48,202 nucleotides of DNA from Actinomycetota bacterium (lineage in GTDB: Bacteria; Actinomycetota; CADDZG01; JAHWKV01; JAOPZY01): assembly GCA_025963875.1 (NCBI GenBank), contig JAOPZY010000102.1, forward strand, positions 1-48,202, in the 5' to 3' direction. This document shows, one piece after another, positions 36,550-45,691 of this stretch. The stretch's first letter is position 1. Every line of letters begins with the position of its first letter. The notes below the pieces were generated by a model, which made no database searches, had not been told where the DNA came from, and saw nothing but the letters and a program-made list of their open reading frames with translations. A program made the translations under genes and the position numbers.

Positions 36550-38139
36550 CTACGAGGACCGTTCGTGAATGGCTCGCACCGTCTCCATCGTATCGGCTTG
36601 CTCCGCGGTTTTGTCGGTCCGGTATCCCTTGATTCGGGCGAAGCGCAGTGCGAGGCCCCCCGGATAGCGGCTGCTGTCCTGCAACCCGTCGAACGCCACC
36701 TCCACGACCAGCTCCGGCCGGACGAAGACCGTGGAGGCGTCCCTCGAGGCCTCGAGGCCGAGGAGGTGCTCGGTCTGCCAGGCCAGCATCTCGTCGGTCA
36801 TCCCCTTGAAGGTCTTGCCGAGCATGACGAAGTCGCCGGTCACGGTGTCGCGAGCGCCGAGGTGCAGGTTGCTCAACGTGCCGCGGCGCCGCCCGTGGCC
36901 CCACTCTGCCGCCAGTACCACGAGGTCAAGGGTCTGGGCGCGCTTGACCTTCAGCCAGCCGGCGCCACGCCGCCCGGCCTCGTACGGGGCGTCGAGCGAC
37001 TTGACCATGACACCCTCGTGTCCCGCGGCCAGCGCCTCGTCCAGGAAGGCCTCGACCGCCCCGGCGTCGTCCGTAACGATCCTGGGGACGACGAGGGCGG
37101 GGGGGAGGGTGCCCGCCAGGGCGGCGAAGCGGTCGGCAGCGCGATGGTCGATGAGGTCCTCCCCGTCGAGGTGGAGGCAATCGAAGAGGAACGGAGACAG
37201 CGGGACCGCCTCCCGCGCCTCGACGACGTCGACCCGGCTGCCGAACCTGCCCATCGTCTCCTGGAAGCGGCGAGGCCGGCCGTCCGGGCGCAGGCCGATC
37301 AGCTCCCCGTCCAGGACGATGGAGGCCGCGGGGAGGGCCTCGATCGCCTCGACGACCTCCGGCACCCGGCTGGTCACGTCGGCCAGGTTGCGGGTGAATA
37401 CCGACACGCCCGAGGACGACCGGTGCACCTGGACCCTGACCCCGTCGAACTTCCACTCGACGCCCGCAGCGGCACCGCCGGTGGGCCTGCCGCCGGGATC
37501 GCCTCCGGCAGCGGCGATGCCCGCCTGCCCGATACGTGCCAGGGCATCGGCGGGGCCGGTTGCGGACTGGGCGAGCATGGGTCGCAGCGGCCTCCCGGGG
37601 ATGAGGCGGAAGCGGGCCAGGCCCTCCCGGCCTTCGGCCACGGCTGCACCGGCGACGGCTGCCAGGTCGCCCGACACCAGCACCGCCCGGCGTAGGTCGG
37701 CCACGGGCACGTTGGCGGCCCGGGCGACCGCCTCGACCATGACGCCGCCGAGAGCACCCTGGCGCAGCTCGCCCGACATCAGTCCCCGGAGGAAGCGCTG
37801 CTCGGGGTCGGTCAGGCGGGCGAACAGGCCGGCAAGCTCGCTTCGGCGCAGGCCCTGGGAGCCCGGCCCGGACGCGGTACGGATCCGGTCCAGCGCAGCC
37901 TCGGTCTCCAGCAGGGTCACGGTGGGCGGTGCCGGCGCGGCCGGGGGAAGGTCCCGCATCGCCGCCCAGCCCACGCCCAGCGCCCCGCCGGGCAGCTCGC
38001 CGGAGAGGTAGGCGACGGCAATGGGCACCTCGGCGGGGGAGAGGGGGACCAGGCAGGCGGCCAGTAGCTCGATTTTCGCGAGGCGGCTCGAGGTGGCGGC
38101 CACCGCCGCCGATGTCGCCGCGATCCCCGCCAGGCTCAT
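36550..38139 (-). CDS. ligB: ATP-dependent DNA ligase (LigB type)
   Basis: Motif I EWKFDG.R, LDGE, FDCL, EGVMVK, WLKVK, ALRFAR. Confidence 0.95.
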   Translation of the reverse strand: MSLAGIAATSAAVAATSSRLAKIELLAACLVPLSPAEVPIAVAYLSGELPGGALGVGWAAMRDLPPAAPAPPTVTLLETEAALDRIRTASGPGSQGLRRSELAGLFARLTDPEQRFLRGLMSGELRQGALGGVMVEAVARAANVPVADLRRAVLVSGDLAAVAGAAVAEGREGLARFRLIPGRPLRPMLAQSATGPADALARIGQAGIAAAGGDPGGRPTGGAAAGVEWKFDGVRVQVHRSSSGVSVFTRNLADVTSRVPEVVEAIEALPAASIVLDGELIGLRPDGRPRRFQETMGRFGSRVDVVEAREAVPLSPFLFDCLHLDGEDLIDHRAADRFAALAGTLPPALVVPRIVTDDAGAVEAFLDEALAAGHEGVMVKSLDAPYEAGRRGAGWLKVKRAQTLDLVVLAAEWGHGRRRGTLSNLHLGARDTVTGDFVMLGKTFKGMTDEMLAWQTEHLLGLEASRDASTVFVRPELVVEVAFDGLQDSSRYPGGLALRFARIKGYRTDKTAEQADTMETVRAIHERSS

Positions 38140-38286
38140 GGCGGGCATTGTCCCGCACCGGGATCCGTTGCTCGAACCACCTCCGGTCTGCGGGCGGAGT
38201 ATGGTTGCACCGCGGCGAGCCGGCCCGCCGCACCCCCCGGGCGGGAGGAAGCGACGCCGAAGCCTGCACTACTCAACGGAGGCACG

Positions 38287-38898
38287 GTGGCGGGAGCCGC
38301 CCGTTCTCGCAGGCGCGTGTCGCGCCCGGTTCCCGACCCTGTGATGCACGTCGAGCGGGACTTCGCCGAGGAGTTCCCGGGTGCCGATGCCCTGTCGGCC
38401 GAGTGCTACATCAATATCTGCCACGCCGGCGACCGCCTGCTGACTGAGATCAACCGTCGGGCCAAGGCCTCGTTCGACCTGTCGGCGTCCGCGATCACCG
38501 TCCTGGCAATTGTCGACGGGGCGACCGAGCCCATCACCCCGGGCCTGATCGCCGAGCGGGCCATCGTGAGCAGCGCGAGCGCCACCTCGGTCCTCGACAC
38601 GCTCGAGAAGCGGGGGCTGATCGTGCGGCGTCCCCATCCCGATGATGGCCGGAAGCTCGTCATCGATCTCACCGATGCGGGGCGGGCGATCATCGACCGG
38701 GTCCTGCCGGGGATCCACGCGCTCGAGACCAGGGTGATGTCGGCGCTCACGCCTGCCGAGCGGGCCCAGCTCATGTGCCTGCTGTCCAAGGTGCAGGCGA
38801 GCGCCGCAACCATCGCGACCGAGACGCCGGACCCTCTGGACGGCATCCGCCACGTGCCGGCTCGCCTCGGCCGGACGAACGCGATCGTCCACGAATAG
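38287..38898 (+). CDS. MarR family transcriptional regulator
   Basis: T.VLDTLEKRGLIVRRPHPDDGRKLVIDLTDAG; GGAGG RBS before GTG 38287. Confidence 0.9.
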   Translation: MAGAARSRRRVSRPVPDPVMHVERDFAEEFPGADALSAECYINICHAGDRLLTEINRRAKASFDLSASAITVLAIVDGATEPITPGLIAERAIVSSASATSVLDTLEKRGLIVRRPHPDDGRKLVIDLTDAGRAIIDRVLPGIHALETRVMSALTPAERAQLMCLLSKVQASAATIATETPDPLDGIRHVPARLGRTNAIVHE

Positions 38899-38974
38899 GG
38901 CGAAGGTGCTGCGATGACTGTTCTCCGCAGAGGGAAGCCTTTTTCCGCTCGTCCATACGTGCTCGCGCCGAAAG

Positions 38975-39280
38975 AAAAGGACCCAGAAAAAGGGACCAGG
39001 AAAAGGCGGCGAGCCCGTACCCCTCCCGGCCGCAGCGGCGGTAACTGTTCCGTGATGGGCGCCCCCACCCATCACTGACCCGCAGTTCAAGCCGGAGCCA
39101 CAACCTCCGGGGCCCACCGACCCCCGCCGTCGTGCACGGGGTGTCCCGGGCGGCGGCCTCCTATCCGGCGCTCCGGAGGATGATGGCGGAGCCGCGGGTT
39201 TGGCTGGTCGTGTGGCCACCCCCCACACGGCCAGGCCGGGGGGTCTCGTGCGGAGGCTCCTCCGTCATGGAGGAGCCTCG
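38975..39280. ncRNA. Candidate structured non-coding RNA (long rod hairpin plus further stem-loops)
   Basis: About 120-nt imperfect rod 39003-39122 pairing with several G-U pairs on the minus strand, followed by U-tracts; further hairpins at 39204-39234 and 39253-39279. Confidence 0.4.
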
Positions 39281-39336
39281 CCGAGATTCCGTCTGCCCCC
39301 AGGCTGGGGTGAAATTGGGGGGGCCGCCTGCGCGAC

Positions 39337-39419
39337 CCAGGGGCCGGAGGAGGAGGAAGAGGAGGTTGGGAGCCTAGCGCGCGCATACGCGCGATTCGCT
39401 CCCAACTTCGGACCAGGGC
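39337..39419. repeat. Palindromic intergenic repeat, copy 3
   Basis: ccaggggccggaggaggaggaagaggaggttgggagcctagcgcgcgcatacgcgcgattcgctcccaacttcggaccagggc. Confidence 0.85.
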
Positions 39420-39533
39420 TGGTCGGAAACGGAGCAATTCGGGCGGAAAACGGGCCGCGTACAACCTCGGAGGTCTCCCTCAGTGGAATTTCGCCGAGAT
39501 TCCGTTCTGCCCCCACAAGTTCTGGCACTGGGC

Positions 39534-39562
39534 TTGACACCCGGCCTTCGGCGGGCCACGTT
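39534..39562 (+). promoter_or_regulatory. Sigma-A promoter TTGACA-N17-CACGTT, leaderless for the OsmC-family gene
   Basis: -10 ends 7 nt before GTG 39570. Confidence 0.55.
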
Positions 39563-39569
39563 GCTAACC

Positions 39570-40067
39570 GTGGATTCCGAGACCCTGCGGGCCGTGCAGC
39601 AGCCGCTGAAGGACCGATACTCGGCTGATCCCGACGCCGCCCTCGTCACACTCACGGCCGATGGGGCTCTGGGGGAGGGGATCACCTGCTCGGTCGCCAC
39701 GGGGCGGGCGCTCGTCGAAGCTGGCCTGCATCCGGCCACCGGCGGCGACGGGCTGTCGGCCTGCTCCGGTGACATGCTGCTCCAGGCCCTGGTCGCCTGC
39801 TCCGGGGTCACGATGCGGGCGGTCGCGACGGCGCTGGGCCTGACGGTGGGGGGAACAGTCCACGCCGAGGGCGACCTCGACTTCCGGGGCACGCTGGCTG
39901 TCGACCGTGGGGCACCGGTCGGCTTCCGGGCCATCCGCCTGAGCTTCGACCTGGTCACCGACGCCACGGACGATCAGATCGCCACGCTGCTGCGCCTGAC
40001 CGAACGCTACTGCGTCGTCTACCAGACCCTTGCCGTGCCCCCGGCCCTCACCGTCGATCGGGCGTAG
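39570..40067 (+). CDS. OsmC family protein
   Basis: AGLHPATGG..CSGDMLL.ALVAC, GDLDFRGTL, TERYCVV. Confidence 0.92.
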   Translation: MDSETLRAVQQPLKDRYSADPDAALVTLTADGALGEGITCSVATGRALVEAGLHPATGGDGLSACSGDMLLQALVACSGVTMRAVATALGLTVGGTVHAEGDLDFRGTLAVDRGAPVGFRAIRLSFDLVTDATDDQIATLLRLTERYCVVYQTLAVPPALTVDRA

Positions 40068-40222
40068 GCGTACGAATCCGAACACGGGGTTCAAATTTGT
40101 CCCTCAAGGCCCGTGGGTTTTTATCGAGTCCCCCGTTATTCGAGTTAAAAGGTCCTCATTGGTCGGTTGGGCAAAGCGCTCGTACAATTCACCAACTGCA
40201 ACAACTCCAGACAGGGGGTCGT

Positions 40223-41419
40223 ATGCGTCACGAAGCAGGTGCCTCTGATGCCGCGCGTCGTGGGTCGCCGATGAGCGTCGCTGCTCGACTCCGGCCTCGT
40301 CGGCGCCTGACGGCGAGCGCCGTGGTGGTGGGATGTACCCTCGCCATGGCGCTTCCCAGCACGGCATTTGCCTCGAACGACCCACTCTTTGCGCAGCAGT
40401 GGGGCCTCGCCCAGATCGGTGTCGCCTCGGCCTGGAACAGCAGCACCGGAGCCGGCATCAGCGTGGGAATCGTCGACACCGGCGTCGACCTCCAGCATGA
40501 AGACCTGGCAGGCCAGGTGCTGATGAGCACCAACTGCATCGGGGCCAACGCCGATCCTTCCAAGTGCACGGGTACGGGGCAGGACGACAACGGCCACGGC
40601 ACGCACGTCGCCGGCATCGTCGCCGCCCTCAAAGACAACGGGAAGGGGGGTGCCGGTGTGGCACCCAGCGCCAAGCTCATCGTCGCCAAGGCCCTTGACG
40701 CCAACGGGGCCGGGGCCGACGCCGACGTCCAGGCGGGAATCATGTGGGTCGTCGACCACGGCGCCAAGGTCGTCAACCTCAGCCTCGGCGACGGCAGTTC
40801 GCTGCCGCTCAACCTGGGCTCGACCGGCGGCATCTCGGCGCCGATGACGGCCGGCATCGAGTACGCCTGGTCACACGGGGCGATCCCGGTGCTCGCAGCG
40901 GGCAACAACGGCGGGGGCCTCCTGAGCGGCGGTCTTCTCGGCGGGCTTCTCGGCGCCGGCGGCAACGCCAACTTCGGGACCCTCCACGCGATCATCGCCG
41001 GAGCCACGGGGCCCAGCGGCGCCATGGCCGCCTACTCGAGCCCCCTGAGCAACGACGCCTGGGCCGTCGCTGCGCCGGGCGGTGCCAACGACGGGAATGC
41101 CGCCGACGACGTCATGTCCACGTGGTGGGCGATGGGCAAGACCAATCAGTACCTGGCGATTGCGGGCACGTCGATGGCGACGCCGCACGTCGCCGGGGCC
41201 GTGGCCGATGTGCTTGCCACCGGCCTGGGCCAGCAGGCTGCCGTTGACCGGATCCTCACCTCGGCCGACAAGGGGGTCGCGTGCGGTACGTCGTGCGCCG
41301 GTCTTCTCGATGTGTCGGCGGCCGTGGGCAGGCCCGCAACGGCACCACCCACAGGGGGGACCGCCACGGGCTCCAGCGGGAACCTCTTGGGCTCGCTGCT
41401 GGGCCTGCTGGGCCTCTAG
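40223..41419 (+). CDS. Secreted S8 subtilisin-like serine protease
   Basis: Triad motifs VDTG, HGTHVAG, GTSMATPHVAG; AAGN oxyanion residue; signal ending AFA; start 40223 or 40271. Confidence 0.93.
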   Translation: MRHEAGASDAARRGSPMSVAARLRPRRRLTASAVVVGCTLAMALPSTAFASNDPLFAQQWGLAQIGVASAWNSSTGAGISVGIVDTGVDLQHEDLAGQVLMSTNCIGANADPSKCTGTGQDDNGHGTHVAGIVAALKDNGKGGAGVAPSAKLIVAKALDANGAGADADVQAGIMWVVDHGAKVVNLSLGDGSSLPLNLGSTGGISAPMTAGIEYAWSHGAIPVLAAGNNGGGLLSGGLLGGLLGAGGNANFGTLHAIIAGATGPSGAMAAYSSPLSNDAWAVAAPGGANDGNAADDVMSTWWAMGKTNQYLAIAGTSMATPHVAGAVADVLATGLGQQAAVDRILTSADKGVACGTSCAGLLDVSAAVGRPATAPPTGGTATGSSGNLLGSLLGLLGL

Positions 41420-41468
41420 CCCTATGGGGCGCCCCGCAAGGCGCCGGATCGTCTCAGAATCCGGACGG

Positions 41469-41672
41469 TCAGTCCAGGCCCTCGGCCGCGGTGTCGATCC
41501 CCTCGGACTCCAGCTCGACGGTGTCCAGGTGGATGCGGATCCCCTGGCGGTCGACGATGAACGTGAGTTCGCCGGCTTCGAACTGGCCGGCCAGGAGCCC
41601 GTAGGCAGGGCGGTCCTTCAGGGACTGGAATCCCTCGATGATGCGGTCCACGAAATCGATCTGCTCAGGCAT
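41469..41672 (-). CDS. Small hypothetical protein
   Basis: 67 aa, coding-like codon usage, TAGGAT -10 element 6 nt before ATG. Confidence 0.6.
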   Translation of the reverse strand: MPEQIDFVDRIIEGFQSLKDRPAYGLLAGQFEAGELTFIVDRQGIRIHLDTVELESEGIDTAAEGLD

Positions 41673-41847
41673 GCGTCGATCCTATCCTGGGCGCCTCGCC
41701 GGGAAGGGCCTAGGCAGATCTGGAGGACCCCAGAGATCCCCGAATCTCTCAAACCATAGGCAAATACTTGCCTCGGGGTATTTACTGAATGCCGCGGAGC
41801 CTACGGCCCGCGGAACCGATACGGGGGGCCGACGGTTGGAGGTAGGG

Positions 41848-43017
41848 ATGAGAAACCGCACGACCACAGCAGTCCGGTATCCGGGGTGGCGCTCGCTTGC
41901 AACGGCAACGCTCGCAACCCTGCTCTTCTCGGCAGCGTTCGTCACCTCCGGGGGGGCGCAGGTCAACGGCGCACGGCTCGGCATCGGGCCGACGATGCCC
42001 ACCTCGACCACCGTCGGCGCGAAGGGAGTGGGCGTCTTCATCTCCCTGACCAACCTGTCGGAGCCGACCGACGGCAAGATCGTCATTCCGCAGGACTCCA
42101 TCACCTTCACCCCCTCCTGTGGCTCCCTGCCGGGCGGCGCCATGCCACCCTGCCCCAACCCCGACCCCGGCGTGTTCGCACTGAGCGCGACTGGGACGGG
42201 CCGGGCCGGCACAGACTGCGCGGGTCAGACCTACTCCATTGCCCCGATCTCCGCCGCCACCGGCGAGGTGAGGTTCACGGGGCCGGCGATCACCCTCAGG
42301 GCCAGCGACCCCACCACCCGGGTCGGCGGTACGTGCGCCATCGATCTGACGGTTGACGTCATGAAGGCCCCGGCCATCGACGGAGACCCCTCGACGCCGG
42401 GCATCCAGACGTACCAACTGGTCAACGCCGGGGCGTGGAAAACCGAGCTCAACAACTCGGCATCCTGCTGCGGCTCCAGCCACACCACCGTGGTCCCGGC
42501 TTCTCCCGCGCTGAACACCCAGGCTTCGCCGCCGATCACCCTCGGAGGCCAGATCACCGACACGGCGAACCTGACGGGCGGCGTCGGGCCGACCGGCACC
42601 GTGATCTTCAAGTTCTTCCCCCCCGCCGACACCAACTGCGCCGGGCCGCCGGTGTTCACGTCGCCGCCCGTACCGGTGAATGGACCGGGCGCCTACACCT
42701 CGGCCCCGTTCACGCCCACGGTGGCCGGCACCTACCGGACCATCGCCGCCTACAGCGGCAACGCGGCCAACGCCCCCGTCACCACGAAGTGCAATGACAA
42801 CAACGAGTCGGTCGTGGTGAGCACTGCCCCGACGAAGCCGGCTCCGACACCGACACCGACGCCGTCGACCTCGGTCCTCGGCACCACGCTCAACAAGAAG
42901 CCCGCCCTGCCCGTGACCGGCCCGGGCGTTCCCGTTGGCCTCCTGGGCCTCGTCGGGCTCACGCTGGTGGCGGTTGGTACCTTGCTGCAGAGGAGACGTC
43001 GCTCCGGCGCTGACTAG
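41848..43017 (+). CDS. Secreted surface protein with Ig-like domain and LPXTG-type C-terminal anchor
   Basis: GGAGG RBS; signal peptide; PT linker; LPVTG, hydrophobic helix, RRRR tail. Confidence 0.85.
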   Translation: MRNRTTTAVRYPGWRSLATATLATLLFSAAFVTSGGAQVNGARLGIGPTMPTSTTVGAKGVGVFISLTNLSEPTDGKIVIPQDSITFTPSCGSLPGGAMPPCPNPDPGVFALSATGTGRAGTDCAGQTYSIAPISAATGEVRFTGPAITLRASDPTTRVGGTCAIDLTVDVMKAPAIDGDPSTPGIQTYQLVNAGAWKTELNNSASCCGSSHTTVVPASPALNTQASPPITLGGQITDTANLTGGVGPTGTVIFKFFPPADTNCAGPPVFTSPPVPVNGPGAYTSAPFTPTVAGTYRTIAAYSGNAANAPVTTKCNDNNESVVVSTAPTKPAPTPTPTPSTSVLGTTLNKKPALPVTGPGVPVGLLGLVGLTLVAVGTLLQRRRRSGAD

Positions 43018-43082
43018 GGCCCGCGGCAGAACACCCGGCGAGGCGGCCTCGGCGCCGCAGAGGTCGCAAGGCGTGCGGCACA

Positions 43083-43484
43083 ATGTGGTCCGTGAGCCTT
43101 GCCTTCGTGTGCCGCATCCTGCTTGCCGTCGTGCTGGCGGGCTCGGGCATCGGCAAGCTGCAGGACCTCGACGACTCCCGCCAGATGATGGTGGACTTCG
43201 GCCTGCCCTACGCCATCGCCCGGCCGGCGGGTACCTTCGTGCCGGGCATCGAGCTGGCGGTCGCCGTGGCGCTCCTGGTCGGCCCCACGTCGTGGTGGGG
43301 GGCCTGGGCCGCCCTGGGCCTGCTGGGGGCCTTCACGCTGGCGGTAGGCCTGAACATGGCCGCCGGCCGCCGGCCGGACTGCAGGTGCTTCGGGTCGCTG
43401 CACGTCGCCACGATCGGGTGGCGGGTGCTCAGCCGGAACCTGCTTCTGATGGCCCTGGCTGCCTTGGTGTTGCTGAAGGGCTGA
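43083..43484 (+). CDS. MauE/DoxX family membrane protein
   Basis: RILLAVV..SG.GKL.D, P..EL, GRRPDCRCFG, RN; start 43083 or GTG 43092. Confidence 0.9.
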   Translation: MWSVSLAFVCRILLAVVLAGSGIGKLQDLDDSRQMMVDFGLPYAIARPAGTFVPGIELAVAVALLVGPTSWWGAWAALGLLGAFTLAVGLNMAAGRRPDCRCFGSLHVATIGWRVLSRNLLLMALAALVLLKG

Positions 43485-43556
43485 GGGAGCCGAGGAAGAG
43501 AGGAGCAGATCGCGCGCCGGCGCGCGCTGGACTCCTAACCTTCTGTGGGCAGGCCC

Positions 43557-44756
43557 TCAGGCGTGGAACAGGAGGCCCGCCAGGAAGGTGGCCCCCCCGA
43601 CGATCACGCCGGCCAGCGTCATCTCCAGGCCCGCCGACCACCACTTCCTCAGCGTCACCAGTGACTTCGCGGCCCCGACCAGGAAGTGGGCAACCAGGGA
43701 CACGATGGCGGCCCAGATCACTGCTGTGGTTCCGTGCAGCCAGAAGAAGGGGAGCACCGGGACCATGGCACCCAGGCCGGTGCTCAGGCCCGCGGCCAGG
43801 GCTGCCTCGAGGGGGTTCTCGCCGCCCGCAGCGCCCCCCAGCTCCTCGGCAACCAGCACCTGCAGCAGCCCCTCCCGGCTGCGCGAGAGCTTCTCGGCGA
43901 TCTCGTTCGCCTCTTCCTCGCTGAGACCCTTGAGCTGGTAGTAGAGGGCCACCTCCTCCCGCTCCTCGTCCGGGTTCTCCTCGATCTCCCGGCGCTCCTG
44001 TTCCACGTTGGCGTGGGAGACCTCGGCGATGGACCGCTCGGCCAGGAAGGCTCCCGTCGCCATCGACAGGGCAGAGGCGATGGCACCGGCGAGCCCTGCC
44101 GTGAGGACGAAGCCCGAGCCCCCCGTGGCCCCGGAGACCCCTGACACGATGCCGAAGACCGCGGCAAGGCCGTCGTTGGCGCCGTAGATCGCTCCCGAGA
44201 TCCAGCCGGAACCCCGCTGGTGCCAGCTCTCCTTGGAGAGGATCTGGTCCAGCCGCTTCTTGGGGGTGCTGGAGCCGTAGCCTGAGGCCAGCGGCACCTG
44301 CCCGGTGAGGGCCGAGATCGACCGGGTGTGGGACCGCTCGTCCTCACGGATCGAGGAGAACAGGGAGTCGGTGTCGACGTCGCCGGTGGGCATGCCGTAG
44401 CCGGTGGCGATCTCGTCCTTCTCGGCCGCCTCCCGGCTGGCCAGGACTCGCTCCATGGGGGCGACGCGGACCTGAAGCTTCTGCCACGGAGACAGCCGCA
44501 CCGTTGCCGGGTCGGGGATGGGGATGCCGAGTTCCCGCATGCGGGACTCGACCCGCTCCAGGTGCGCCTTCTCCCCGGTGGCCATCTTCCGCAGGACCGC
44601 GGCGCGACGCTCGTCCTTCTCCCGGGCGGCCAGCGCCTCGTACACGGCACGAGCCTCGATCTCTCCCCGCCACGCGTCCAGCAGGCGCTTCGCCACGTCC
44701 TGCGGAAGGCCGGGGGGAACCTGGGGCGGAGGAGTCTCGGAGGTGCCCATTGCCAT
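43557..44756 (-). CDS. VIT1/CCC1 metal transporter with N-terminal ferritin/rubrerythrin-like domain
   Basis: E..A..VY, EKAH and DERSH di-iron motifs; IYGANDGL, GAIASALSMATG; TM helices. Confidence 0.9.
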   Translation of the reverse strand: MAMGTSETPPPQVPPGLPQDVAKRLLDAWRGEIEARAVYEALAAREKDERRAAVLRKMATGEKAHLERVESRMRELGIPIPDPATVRLSPWQKLQVRVAPMERVLASREAAEKDEIATGYGMPTGDVDTDSLFSSIREDERSHTRSISALTGQVPLASGYGSSTPKKRLDQILSKESWHQRGSGWISGAIYGANDGLAAVFGIVSGVSGATGGSGFVLTAGLAGAIASALSMATGAFLAERSIAEVSHANVEQERREIEENPDEEREEVALYYQLKGLSEEEANEIAEKLSRSREGLLQVLVAEELGGAAGGENPLEAALAAGLSTGLGAMVPVLPFFWLHGTTAVIWAAIVSLVAHFLVGAAKSLVTLRKWWSAGLEMTLAGVIVGGATFLAGLLFHA

Positions 44757-44802
44757 TTGCCAGCTTATCCCCACATGGACTGCGCCCGGTATGATTTGCA
44801 GC

Positions 44803-45663
44803 GTGATTCTCGACGCGTTGACCCGCGCCAAGGCCTTCGCCGACCTCGCCGACTGGCGCAAGATCTGTGTCACCGGTCGCGACGCCCTCCAGTGGCTCGA
44901 CGAGCTCGTCACCGCCCAGGTCTCGGCGCTGGCGCCCGGCAGGGCACAGCGGTGCCTCCTGCTCGACGACAGCGGGGGCCTGCGGGCCGACATCACGGTT
45001 GCGGTGCAGGGCTCCAGCGTGGTGGTGCTGCAGGATCCCGCCCAGCTCCGGCCCATCGACGACCTGCTCGCGTTCTACACCGAGGGCAGCGACGTCGAGC
45101 TCGAGGACCGCACCCGCAAGCTTTCGATCTTCGCCTTCCCCTCCCGGCCGAACGGGCCCGACCTCGGGGGCACCGCCCACTACACCCCCTCCGCCCTCGG
45201 TCCGGGTTCGGATATCGTCTGCATGCCCGAGGACCACGACCGGCTGTCGAGGTCCCTGCAGAAGTCCTTCGCCCTGGCCAGCCCCGATGACCTGGAGGCA
45301 TGGCGCATCTCTGCCGGGCGCCCCCGGATGGGCATCGACACCTTCGAGGGCGACCTGCCGCAGGAGGCGGGGCTCATGGACGCCGTGGACCTCGGGAAGG
45401 GCCGGTTCCTCGGCAGGGACGCGCTGGCGCCCATCGACGCATCGACGCCGCTGCGGAGCATGGTCGTGGCCCTCGCGACCGCCGAGCCGGTGTCGCCGGG
45501 CGAGCAGCTCTACGTCGGAGGGGAACGGGCAGGTGAGCTGACCAGCGTCACCGGTGCCGAGGATGGCGTGCTCGGTCTGGCCCGCGTCTTCTGGGAGCTG
45601 CGCTCCGGGCCGTTTGCCACGGAAGCCGGCGTCGAATTGGGGTTGCGCTCGGGCGCTGAGTAG
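44803..45663 (+). CDS. Folate-binding aminomethyltransferase family protein (GcvT/YgfZ-like)
   Basis: VTGRDA..WL..LVT, LLDDSG...AD, EAWRI.AG.P, KGRFLGRD; TATGAT -10 element 7 nt before GTG. Confidence 0.85.
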   Translation: MILDALTRAKAFADLADWRKICVTGRDALQWLDELVTAQVSALAPGRAQRCLLLDDSGGLRADITVAVQGSSVVVLQDPAQLRPIDDLLAFYTEGSDVELEDRTRKLSIFAFPSRPNGPDLGGTAHYTPSALGPGSDIVCMPEDHDRLSRSLQKSFALASPDDLEAWRISAGRPRMGIDTFEGDLPQEAGLMDAVDLGKGRFLGRDALAPIDASTPLRSMVVALATAEPVSPGEQLYVGGERAGELTSVTGAEDGVLGLARVFWELRSGPFATEAGVELGLRSGAE

Positions 45664-45691
45664 TGCTCTGAGTAGTAGGCTTGTGGGCAGC

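Noticed and set aside
38975..39005. Short GAAAA(A)GG(G)ACC tandem repeats as iterons
   Set aside because: Only three degenerate units and no rep gene; better explained as minus-strand U-tracts after the hairpin
39003..39122. SRP (4.5S) RNA or 6C RNA
   Set aside because: Lacks the CAGG/AGCA symmetric loop and GNRA tetraloop of SRP; the C-rich loops are about 150 nt apart, unlike 6C
4959..39419. Palindromic repeats as a CRISPR array
   Set aside because: Copies are 10-25 kb apart, in mixed orientation, without spacers
40160..40220. c-di-GMP-I riboswitch suggested by GGGCAAA
   Set aside because: No GNRA-capped P2 stem or GACGCAAAG junction
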